Assembly (NCBI GenBank): GCA_002633005.1
Contig: NMRA01000264.1
Span: forward strand, 145,102-209,101
DNA length: 64,000 nucleotides
Reading direction: 5' to 3'
Origin: Phoronis australis
Lineage: Eukaryota > Animalia > Phoronida
Made by a program: the position numbers and the translations under genes. The notes beneath the pieces were generated by a model. That model saw only the letters and a list, made by a program, of their open reading frames with translations, was not told the origin of the DNA and ran no database searches. Every line of letters begins with the position of its first letter. Positions within the stretch are counted from its first letter, which is position 1. Below are positions 26,401 to 34,370 of this stretch, one piece after another.

Positions 26401-29287
26401 TTCAAGAAGCAAACTTTTGACCTAAATCATTTATCATTTTGAAGTTGGTCTCAAATTGTTCCTTAGTGAGAAGTGATATCTGAGTTTGCAAAGAACCGAC
26501 AGTTGGTTATTATAAAATGACGCAACGCTGTTACAAGCCAAACCATGGAGCCTCATCTCAAGCATTAGCAAATTCTTTCAAAGATATCCAGTTTGACGGA
26601 GGATCATTTTCAGACCAATTCTCACCTTCCGCATTGATCGCTCTCCCATACCGTGAGATTCAAAATAGCTGCACATCTCCAGATATGGCGGGCAGGTCAG
26701 CGGCCTCGCTTTCACTCCTATGGAGATTCACATGTTAGCATCTGTTGTCTGGATACTTTATATTTTATGTCATATTTAAGTCTTGCCGGGAAAGTATTAC
26801 TGCTGTGCAGTGGGCTGTAATGCCGATTCACAGAAGTGGGATAAGCTGGATTAATAGCATAGACGCCTTCCTGATGGTCTTGTTGTGCACACAGTGTCAC
26901 CATTTTGCATTGAATATAATCTTACCTTGTGTTCGGGAAGAGTGCGGGAATTTAAAAAAAATAATAATTGGTGTAAATCAAAAGTTATTTTTTGTGATGG
27001 TGGACAGGTTTAGTTTCCTCAAATTTGAAGAAACTTAATTGCCAAATTGTCATTTTCTTCCATTTTTTCATATTAAGCTTATTACATGTTAAAAATGTCT
27101 AAATTTTCATCCTGTGTTTGTTATTGGCATTTGTACAGTGTAAACTTTGCAAATAATGAAGTAAACTCTTCTTTCTGAGTGTTTATCTTTCTTGAAATTT
27201 CTCATAAAACAGTTTCACCTATTCCACCATATTGTTTTCTAAATTAAAGAAACTTGTCTGTAATTTGTAATTCTATGATTGCAATATCGCTTTTCGTATC
27301 GTGCACAATAGAAGTATGCAATCCAACCAATATCTTACAGTATTATGTGGATAACATCATGGCAAATCTGTTTGACTTTCCAAAGGTTTGGCTACAGACT
27401 CAGTCACCAAAAGGCCAAGCAACATTAAGCTGTCAGTGAACTCAGCAGCACCTGCACCCCCTCAGAGACGGAAAAGTCCACACAGAAGGACAAGAGGTCG
27501 GGCCAAACCACGTATCAGGGGGGCAGTCCTTGGCAGAAAAGTGATCAGAGCTCCACGACAACCTGTCAGGTGGGTACAAGACATTATTATTGTTGTTAAA
27601 AGCTAAATGTTCTGATTTATTTATGCTTTTGTTTGAACTGCTGGCTTTTTGGCATTAAATTTCCTGGTGGTTCTTGCTTATGGCCGTGAGGCTGTTGTCA
27701 TTACTGCCACTTAATGATTTGTTCACATTTCACCTGTTATTGTCGTTTTTTCCTGAAGATGGTAACATCTGTTTATTAACTTTTGTTTTTTGAATTAGTC
27801 ATTTAGTGTACAACTTCAAGCCAGTGCAATATGAAATGAACTAATTGATAAAAAACTCAACTGCTTGTATTATATAAACCAGACTTCAAGGGTCTTATTT
27901 ATCAAAAGCTGTAAGTCTGATCATTGCACCTAAGGCTGTTGCAGGCATGATATTGCGAAGGCGACGGTATGATTTTTTAGAGGAGTAAAAACATTGCAAG
28001 TGAGAGAAAGTTCATAATTTTCCATATTCAGGCTTAGTGACCAACTTGACTAACACAGAGTATGTAGACAATGTTTCATTCTTTAATTAAATTGGTTTTA
28101 TCTAGGGCTTACAGTCGAGGTAGCACGGTTAGTACAAACAGCGAGGACATCTATGGAGTAAATGAGCAAACCTATGAGAGTCCTTCAGAAGGTTATGTGT
28201 CCCACCAGCATGATAGCTATGTATGTACAGACTCAGAGTATGACCCCTATAGTTATCGCCCAAGGTCAAGGTCGAAATGTAAGTTCCTCAATGAAGAAAA
28301 TGTTTGCCCATTGACTAACTTTGGCAATTTGACAGCAGCACGTCTTGAAAATCAACTGACACGCGAGAGTTTATCAAAATTTTGTCAAAACTCACTCATA
28401 TTCATGATATAAACATCTATCTAGCTATGCACAATATTAAAGCTAACTGCCACTTGACATCTCTTCATTAAGTTATGAAAAGACCCACTTATACCTTTAA
28501 ATAAACACAAATATTGAATGTTGAATGATGAATTAAGTGAATGTCGCGTTGCATTGTGGGTCCTTCATTTTCACATGTGAAGAGGCTGCCCTTCTCTATT
28601 TATAAGCTAAAATGCAATCTACTTGACTGTTGGGTCCAGTTTATTCCGTATTCTCTGTTTCTGAAACACGCAGTTTCCTAGACCCCTTTTATTATGCACA
28701 TAACGGTTATCTACACCAAAACACAGTGACCACAAATTTTTCATCCAGGCATGCTGTGTGCATAAACTCCATTGTTTTAACTAACATCACAACCTTGTTT
28801 CATGAAAGTAATGCATAATGTTACCACATCATCTAGGGTCACGTGGCAGTAGTTGAACAATGCTAATAATAATCTTGGGTTTGACTATTTTAATGATAAA
28901 AACACTTCACACGCCCTTTATGAAATGGGCCCACAAAGGGGCAATTAACTCATATCATGTAGATTGAAGCACATTGACTTGACATGTAGATAGAAGTACA
29001 TTGCCATCAATTGTGCTTTCTTTTGTTTCGCAGATCTCCAGACCACCCCGTATCCCTCCACTGGTGATTCGCCAGAGACACCTGGCTGTGATGAGAGGAA
29101 GCCCCTGGTGTCAGCCTTGGCTCGTACTGCACTTGCCAGTCCAAACGAGGAAGAAGAGACGAGTTTGCTGGAGAGGTACTACCATCCCGTCATGGACAAT
29201 GCTAGCCTCAACTCCAGCGGTGACATGGTATTGACTCTAAGTGATTGTACTGACGGACATTACACAGATAACTACACAGTTGTGTAA
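2330..29287 (+). CDS. Dscam: Dscam (Down syndrome cell adhesion molecule), 5'-incomplete; 29 coding exons from Ig7 to the stop codon
   Basis: Exons join in frame across GT-AG introns (4817 nt, ~1605 codons). Domain order Ig7-Ig8-Ig9-FNx4-Ig10-FNx2-TM-tail is diagnostic of Dscam. Motifs include [39 protein letters not shown] and C-terminal YTVV*. Confidence 0.96.
3375..3501 (+). CDS. Dscam: Dscam exon, Ig7 C-half
   Basis: ttcaag|[42 protein letters not shown]|gtgagt. Confidence 0.9.
3785..3904 (+). CDS. Dscam: Dscam exon, Ig8 N-half
   Basis: tttcag|[40 protein letters not shown]|gtaacc. Confidence 0.92.
4431..4607 (+). CDS. Dscam: Dscam exon, Ig8 C-half
   Basis: caacag|[42 protein letters not shown]|gtaagt. 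Confidence 0.92.
4915..5022. repeat. 15-bp minisatellite (ggtcacttcactacc), about 7 degenerate units
   Basis: Directly visible; produces the spurious GHFTS/VTSLP ORFs. Confidence 0.85.
5042..5183 (+). CDS. Dscam: Dscam exon, Ig9 N-half
   Basis: tttcag|[46 protein letters not shown]|gtatag. Confidence 0.9.
5856..6031. mobile_element. Small MITE-like element
   Basis: Terminal inverted repeats attgacctatcgc / gcgatatgtcaat. Confidence 0.5.
6235..6420. repeat. 46-bp minisatellite x4
   Basis: Unit ctgagaccataagagattggtctgggcttcagtcgtcactactcaa. Confidence 0.9.
6458..6606 (+). CDS. Dscam: Dscam exon, Ig9 C-half
   Basis: caacag|[42 protein letters not shown]|gtatga. Confidence 0.92.
7029..7160 (+). 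CDS. Dscam: Dscam exon, FN1 N-half
   Basis: ttccag|[43 protein letters not shown]|gtcagt. Confidence 0.9.
7743..7919 (+). CDS. Dscam: Dscam exon, FN1 C-half
   Basis: tttcag|[45 protein letters not shown]|gtatgt. Confidence 0.9.
8398..8706 (+). CDS. Dscam: Dscam exon, FN2
   Basis: cgacag|[62 protein letters not shown]|gtaaat. Confidence 0.93.
9057..9203 (+). CDS. Dscam: Dscam exon, FN3 N-half
   Basis: ttccag|[48 protein letters not shown]|gtacct. Confidence 0.92.
9360..9601. mobile_element. Tc1/mariner-pogo-type MITE
   Basis: TA|cggtgaattctcaccaattt ... aaattggcgagattttactg|TA; related copies near 16907-17108 and 31458-31650. Confidence 0.65.
9663..9818 (+). CDS. Dscam: Dscam exon, FN3 C-half
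   Basis: tttcag|[41 protein letters not shown]|gtaatc. Confidence 0.92.
10214..10344 (+). CDS. Dscam: Dscam exon, FN4 N-half
   Basis: ttgtag|[43 protein letters not shown]|gtcagt. Confidence 0.9.
11191..11347 (+). CDS. Dscam: Dscam exon, FN4 C-half
   Basis: ttgcag|[42 protein letters not shown]|gtaaga. Confidence 0.92.
11762..11876 (+). CDS. Dscam: Dscam exon, Ig10 N-half
   Basis: tcccag|[37 protein letters not shown]|gtaaat. Confidence 0.92.
12192..12358 (+). CDS. Dscam: Dscam exon, Ig10 C-half
   Basis: gcacag|[43 protein letters not shown]|gtgagt. Confidence 0.92.
14308..14406 (+). CDS. Dscam: Dscam exon, FN5 N-half
   Basis: ccgcag|[32 protein letters not shown]|gtaagt. Confidence 0.92.
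14819..15007 (+). CDS. Dscam: Dscam exon, FN5 C-half
   Basis: tttcag|[42 protein letters not shown]|gtaagc. Confidence 0.92.
15996..16171 (+). CDS. Dscam: Dscam exon, FN6 N-half (complete copy)
   Basis: cttcag|[58 protein letters not shown]|gtgagt; a truncated duplicate at 15544-15681 ends at an N. Confidence 0.9.
16720..16899. repeat. Degenerate ~45-bp tandem repeat x4
   Basis: Unit tgacacgccgtgacaagtcntgttgtagagttctatgtttgtgaaa. Confidence 0.75.
16907..17108. mobile_element. MITE, same family as 9360-9601
   Basis: ta|cggtaaaatctcaccaattt ... ggggagatttcacta|ta. Confidence 0.5.
17159..17279 (+). CDS. Dscam: Dscam exon, FN6 C-half
   Basis: tttcag|[40 protein letters not shown]|gtaagt. Confidence 0.93.
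17790..20190 (+). mobile_element. Degenerate Helentron-associated (HINE/DINE-1-like) element with internal ~140-bp tandem units
   Basis: 5' part resembles the 48160-48860 element; repeated units with ccccctagtggc and ttttcatgaaattt; 3' end gggcgcatt plus hairpin caaggctttgcgttg near 20156-20180. Confidence 0.6.
18460..19254. mobile_element. PIF/Harbinger-like MITE nested in the HINE
   Basis: ~40-bp TIRs gggctgttccagtaaaatccgtgtgggaggggggg / ccccccctcccatacagattttgctggaacagccc; 3-bp TSD TGA at 18457-18459 and 19255-19257. Confidence 0.8.
20290..20451 (+). CDS. Dscam: Dscam transmembrane exon
   Basis: cttcag|[42 protein letters not shown]|gtaggt; hydrophobic helix followed by a basic stop-transfer. 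Confidence 0.93.
21938..22159 (+). CDS. Dscam: Dscam cytoplasmic exon 1 (complete copy)
   Basis: tttcag|[30 protein letters not shown]|gtatga; a truncated duplicate at 21211-21332 ends at an N. Confidence 0.85.
23053..23246 (+). CDS. Dscam: Dscam cytoplasmic exon with PYATF motif
   Basis: tttcag|[24 protein letters not shown]|gtaagg. Confidence 0.88.
23773..23869 (+). CDS. Dscam: Dscam cytoplasmic exon with DFPPPP
   Basis: tgacag|[32 protein letters not shown]|gtactg; supplies the phase 0 to 1 change needed to keep the frame. Confidence 0.82.
24292..24459 (+). CDS. Dscam: Dscam cytoplasmic exon (possible cassette, RVxF motif)
   Basis: atgcag|[24 protein letters not shown]|gtagaa; open, symmetric phase 1-1, 168 nt. 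Confidence 0.6.
25005..25151 (+). CDS. Dscam: Dscam cytoplasmic exon (3' end either 25067 GT or 25151 GC)
   Basis: ttgtag|[20 protein letters not shown](G|gtgtga)[27 protein letters not shown]|gcatga. Confidence 0.65.
25207..25496. repeat. 58-bp minisatellite x5
   Basis: Unit acagatgattctattgacaataattgtgataagtagagttatgcttgcttatcactat starts at 25207, 25265, 25323, 25381 and 25439. Confidence 0.95.
25922..26188 (+). CDS. Dscam: Dscam cytoplasmic exon
   Basis: ttgcag|[48 protein letters not shown]|gtatgg. Confidence 0.9.
27386..27569 (+). CDS. Dscam: Dscam cytoplasmic exon, basic
   Basis: ccaaag|[34 protein letters not shown]|gtgggt. Confidence 0.8.
28106..28278 (+). CDS. Dscam: Dscam cytoplasmic exon, Tyr/Ser-rich
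   Basis: atctag|[33 protein letters not shown]|gtaagt. Confidence 0.85.
29034..29287 (+). CDS. Dscam: Dscam last coding exon, class I PDZ-binding terminus
   Basis: tcgcag|[17 protein letters not shown](TAA 29285-29287). Confidence 0.9.
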
Positions 29288-30534
29288 TGGTTATGGAGAG
29301 TGTCAGATGAACTGAGAAGAATAAGGAATTCTTGTTGCATGTCTGGACACGGACTGGGCAAAGTGTATTTCTTAAGAAGTGCCTTGATGGTATGGTTGCA
29401 TAGACTGAAGTAGAGATGTGTAGAGCGTGTATGATGAATTTGTGATCTCTGAACCTGTTCAGTCTTTACTACTTCAAGTTAAATGTGAGAAAAATATGTA
29501 TCAGCATTTATGGAAGTTAGGATTCAAGAAGAAAAGTATGAAGAAATAGTGTTCTGAGTTGCAAATTTTGTATAAATGATTGCTAAGACTTTGTCAGGCA
29601 CCTTTCAGTTGCCTGCTATGTTTGCAACCCAGAGGGTGTCCTCCTGGAATAATATTGTTTGTTATAAATGAGGGAGCTGCAAACCTGGTATCTGTCCTTG
29701 ACCTCTAATGAAGAGGGTGCGGTGTATTTATGTGTGTTCCACTCTGATGAGTTCATGTTAAAAACAGTGGAAGACCAAGGAATATCAGATGATGACGTGT
29801 ATAGTACTTGATATGTTGTACGCTGTCCATGTTAGTGTGAATTGTCAGTGTTAAAATTGTGATATTTTTATATAATGTGGTCTATGTGTGAATATCGTGT
29901 ATCACGAGACAATGTCCTAATTACCTTTGTGCAACACTTACACACCTTGCCCACATAACTAGCTTCAGATAATATGTAAAGGATCACCTCTTCTGTGCAA
30001 TTGAATGTTTGCTCATTATTAGCGCGAATTTCATGTTGATTTTGATCTTGAAATTCAAATATTAAGCCTATTTATTGAGAAGTAATTTATTAAATCTGTA
30101 TAAAGTGTATATAGTTTTAGTTGATGGTGCATGTTAACGACTTTGTTGTATGTGAACTGTGAATCAAAGGTCAATGTCAAAAAGACCGAGTCTGTGTGCA
30201 ATACTAGCTTACCGTGCTTTTTGACTTAAAGTCATGACTTGTTTGCAGGCATGTATATATTGAAATGGTTCTATTTTTGCTCATACAGTTGCTGACGCCA
30301 ATCATTAGTGCAATCAAAGTTTTTCCAAGTCATCTTTTGATGAGGCCATATTTTAAACAAACCTGGGGCCTTTTTTGAGTTGTATTACGAGGGGAGCATT
30401 ACTTTGAGGTATTGTCTCTATTATAAAATCACTTTCAAGTTAGATAGTTTAACTGTACGAATAGCTGCTCCATTGTTGAGGAAATTGCTAACTCCCAGTC
30501 GAGTTTAGAGTTTATCGTGTCTACAACAATTACT

Positions 30535-30645
30535 GGAAATAGTCATGTACAGGGGGTCTGCATTATGAGAACCAGTTTTCTCCACCGAATAATAGGACTC
30601 AAACTGGTTCTCAATATGGGGTACCCATGTAAGTGATCATTGCCC
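30535..30645. mobile_element. Hairpin MITE in the presumed Dscam 3'UTR
   Basis: tgagaaccagttt / aaactggttctca inverted core; same family as 1665-1776. Confidence 0.55.
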
Positions 30646-31457
30646 AACAACCTGTACCAGCGTTCTTGCCAGTGCAAACTTGTTCTGTTTGTACGTTATA
30701 TGTTAGATTACATGTGTTAAGATGTTAAATCATCACATTGCGGATATCTGTTTATGTCTGCGTTGAAGCAAATTCAAGTGCTTAGTGTGGAAAAAGTGTA
30801 AAAACGCTTCCAACCAGCAGAAACTTACATCATAAAAAGTAACAGTAAAGTGTAAGAAGAAGAATGTTTGCTGCGGTTGTATTTTATCTGATTAACCTTG
30901 GCTACCTTTCTGTCACTTCAACTGGCTCCGAGGACGAATTTGTTTAATATGCAATTTGATCCAGTTAAAGTAAACTGAAGTTTTTTGTTAAGTTTGGCCA
31001 AGGTGGACAATGATTGATTCACTGCAATGAAAATATGTATTGTAACAAATGATGCCCACAACATATACTTGCACAGGGCCAAAATGCTGTGGCATTGCTC
31101 CATACAGAGAATGTAAACATTGCATTTGTCTTATAGCAACACCCAACACATGTCACTACTGTTACATTGACAGTCAAGAAGATAAAATACTTGAAACACA
31201 CTCTTGGTAGCTGCAAGACTGCGTTTACTCCAGCCTGGTCTCCATGTTTATATTCCAGATAATCCGTCTCAGATGTACTTAATAATAATAATTATTGTGT
31301 CTTCATGTGTATATTACTAGTCTCATTGTTTCTTATTTATTAAGTGTTTACAAACACCAGTGTTTAACCAATTTTGGTATTTTATTTTCATAAGTGCAAT
31401 CATTTATGTTCGTGTGGGCCTTTGCAATATTGTTGTATACCCACTGTATTGCATAAA

Positions 31458-31650
31458 ATGGTAAAGTCTCACCAATTTAGGACACAGTATGGCAAACAAA
31501 TGAAATTTCATTTATTTTTCTTGAGTTAATACGATAGCTACCAGCAGACAAAGTTTCAAGAAACTGTGGCAATTTCAAAAGCTTTTGAAAATGAAAGAAT
31601 ATATTCAATTTTGGCAAATAATTTTCATCCGAAATTGGTGAGTTTTACTG
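31458..31650. mobile_element. MITE, same family as 9360-9601
   Basis: ggtaaagtctcaccaatttaggacac ... aaattggtgagttttactg|ta. Confidence 0.55.
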
Positions 31651-31729
31651 TACATGTAGTTTACTGTGAGATGTCCTTGCAGAGGATTTGTGAATTGCCA
31701 TGAATTAGATGAGTTGGAGTCGTCCATAA

Positions 31730-31735
31730 AATAAA
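31730..31735 (+). terminator. Candidate Dscam polyadenylation signal (would give a ~2.45 kb 3'UTR)
   Basis: AATAAA followed by GT/T-rich sequence; 3' end not verified. Confidence 0.4.
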
Positions 31736-31970
31736 TCTCGCTGTTACAGATGACTTGTGTTCAGTTTATCTTAAGCTCCGTCTCACTAGTTGCTCTGGCA
31801 TTCAGAAAAATGTCTGTCGCATTGTTGATGTTTTTTGTAGATCCTGCTGGGTTGATCATCTGGTGTTTGTAGTGTTATTTTCAGAGAAAATGCTGATCTT
31901 TCAACTGTACTACAATAAACATGTCTGAACTTATGGGAGTGTATTTATCTGGCAGCTGTTTTTGTCCAGC

Positions 31971-32266
31971 GACAATCCATCTGTTTATCATGATAACGTG
32001 CAGTGACAATCCATCTATTTACCATGACAACGTGGAGTGACAATCCATCTATTTTCCATGACAACGTGGAGTGACAATCCATCTGTTTATCATGACAACG
32101 TGGAGTGACAATCCATCTGTTTATCATGACAACGTGGAGTGATAATCCATCTGTTTACCATGACAACATGTAGTGACAATCCATCAGCTTACCATGACAA
32201 CGTGTAGTGACAATCCATCTATTTACCATGACGTGTAGTGACAATCCATATGTTTACCATGACAAC
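31971..32266. repeat. 34-bp minisatellite, about 9 units
   Basis: Unit gacaatccatctgtttaccatgacaacgtggagt; lies between the two convergent gene ends. Confidence 0.92.
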
Positions 32267-34214
32267 AGACTGTAGTGTTTAAACTGTCTAGTACAATCAC
32301 AAAATCGTTCGCAAATCTTAAGTTTAAAGATCCTTTGTTCTACTCAAGTTCGTGCAGGCACTCAGTTCTTCAGACAAGCTGGATTTCAGCTGGACTTGAC
32401 TGAGCAACTTTTTTTGCATTTAATAATTTCTTTTAAGAAATAATTGATTAAGATTATTGATTTTTGAAAGTAGCATTTAGGTTCTAATTTAATTGACATC
32501 ATCGTAATTTTGCACTCCTGTTTTTTTAGCAAGCAGGAGACAGAAAGTGTTCATTTTTATTTCGGAGAACTCGTTATCAATAATGTATTAGACCCAAAAA
32601 ATAGCATTGGTACATATGCGCTAGGCTCATTTTAAAACTGTATTAAAGCTGTTATTAGGTGGCGCTGGTAGTAAAAAAGAAAGATTGATTCCTACCTACT
32701 TCTGTTGACAGTGATTCTTGGAAAAAAGATCATCATACATTTCGGCTGACTTTCAGGTGACTTTGATCAATTTTCAACAAACAATCAATAGTTCAGGCCT
32801 TACATGAATAATATCACGTTTTCCTGCAAATGTATTCAAGTTTAGTAAAAAAAACACCATATGCTTCAAAAAATATGTATTTCTTAAATCTTAACTTTAT
32901 CATATACACAGTAGCCTACCACCAAATCAGGCAGACATCATTTCCAAACACTAATAAACTTTGGTATTCATTTTGTTTCCAATCACAAACGGAAGGGCTT
33001 AACATTCACCATAACAAAAACATGATTTACACGAGATAAATGCTACACAAAAATAATGATAGTCACACACTTAATATACTTTCATCAACTTGAATGTCTC
33101 TTTAAGTTCATAACAATAAACAGCATCATTCTAAGCAAGACTTTCAAGTCAATTGATATTCATAAGTAAAATTAGCTGGCTACATCTCACTAAACCTGTA
33201 AATTATTATGTAGATTTCCTATTACTACCCAACAATAGGAAACTCAACAGTAGAGAGGTCAATAAAAGCAGCTACATAAATTATGTAAATGAGCATGAGG
33301 CATCTTAAGAAGTCGGTCAATTTTGAAAGTTGTTCCAGACTATATTTGCTGTTTTGCGTACAACTGCATCTCTACCTAATATATGCAAGGTATTCGTGTT
33401 GCATTAAATTTCTTTGCCATAGCATTTCAACGTTTAACTTCCCAGGTAGACACAAATTAGTGAAAATTACACAGAACTCATTTAGGAATATCGAAGAGTG
33501 TATTTAAAAATCAGCACGTTTCATGTAAATTTAGAATTCCAAACAACAACGTTTAAGGCACAAACAAAGTGACCCAATTTACAATAAAGGTTTTGATCAA
33601 CAGATGAGATGCATTAGACTATTTCACCATTAACACTATTAATCTTCCACAAAGGACGATCTTTATCAGATTAAAACAATAGACATATGCAATAAGCACA
33701 ACAACCAATTGTAGATGTTTAGAAGATACAAACCCCACTCTTTGTCCAGCCAAGATTTGTCCTCTTACAAATCACCAGACACATCACCAGCTAACTGCAC
33801 TGATAAGCTGAGCTGCTATGCCAGCAAAGAGACAAGCTATGGAGCTAGTCTTGTTCTCATTCAATGGGCAACTTCATCAGACAAGAGTATCAGTTGTCAA
33901 GGTACCGCCCTTGTTTTGGAACGAAGTAGATGTTCACTCAGATTAAATTATCAAGTGTGGACCCAGACAGGATCTTGCGTAACCTATTACTGACAAATAT
34001 CTCTTGAATTATGAAGATGGTCATCCACGACAGACTGAAAGTCTCAAGGTCAGAAAATTTATACTTCCTTCATCAGATTAACCTATTACAGCAGTTCAAC
34101 CAGGCGGATGAGTGACAATTGGTTATTGTTAGTTTAGAGAAATGAATTAGACGATTGCCTTAAGCAAGTGAAACATTTATGACCACAATGTATAATGTGT
34201 TCTAATGCAACAAT

Positions 34215-34370
34215 TCACCATTGAGAAACAAGAGGTGGTCTGGGCATTGGAGGATTAAAGTCTTCGTGGTGTTGAGACTTTAACTGGTCTAGACCTGCCG
34301 CAAACTTGGTACTTGGCTTCATAAACGAGCTCGGTGCAGGCGAGGTAACTCCAGGCTCACCGCACATGTT
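34215..34370 (-). CDS. LMNTD1: LMNTD-like last coding exon
   Basis: ttgcag|NMCGEPGVTSPAPSSFMKP..FNPPMPRPPLVSQW*. Confidence 0.8.
   Translation of the reverse strand, partial: NMCGEPGVTSPAPSSFMKPSTKFAAGLDQLKSQHHEDFNPPMPRPPLVSQW

Noticed and set aside
26517-26738. 73-aa ORF in a Dscam intron as an extra exon
   Set aside because: The best splice sites (tttcag at about 26613, ag|gtcagc at about 26695) give phase 1 to 2, which breaks the downstream frame, and no motif is recognisable.
29738-29772. Hammerhead-like CTGATGA inside a ttccact/agtggaa stem in the 3'UTR
   Set aside because: It lacks the GAAA core element and the three-helix junction.
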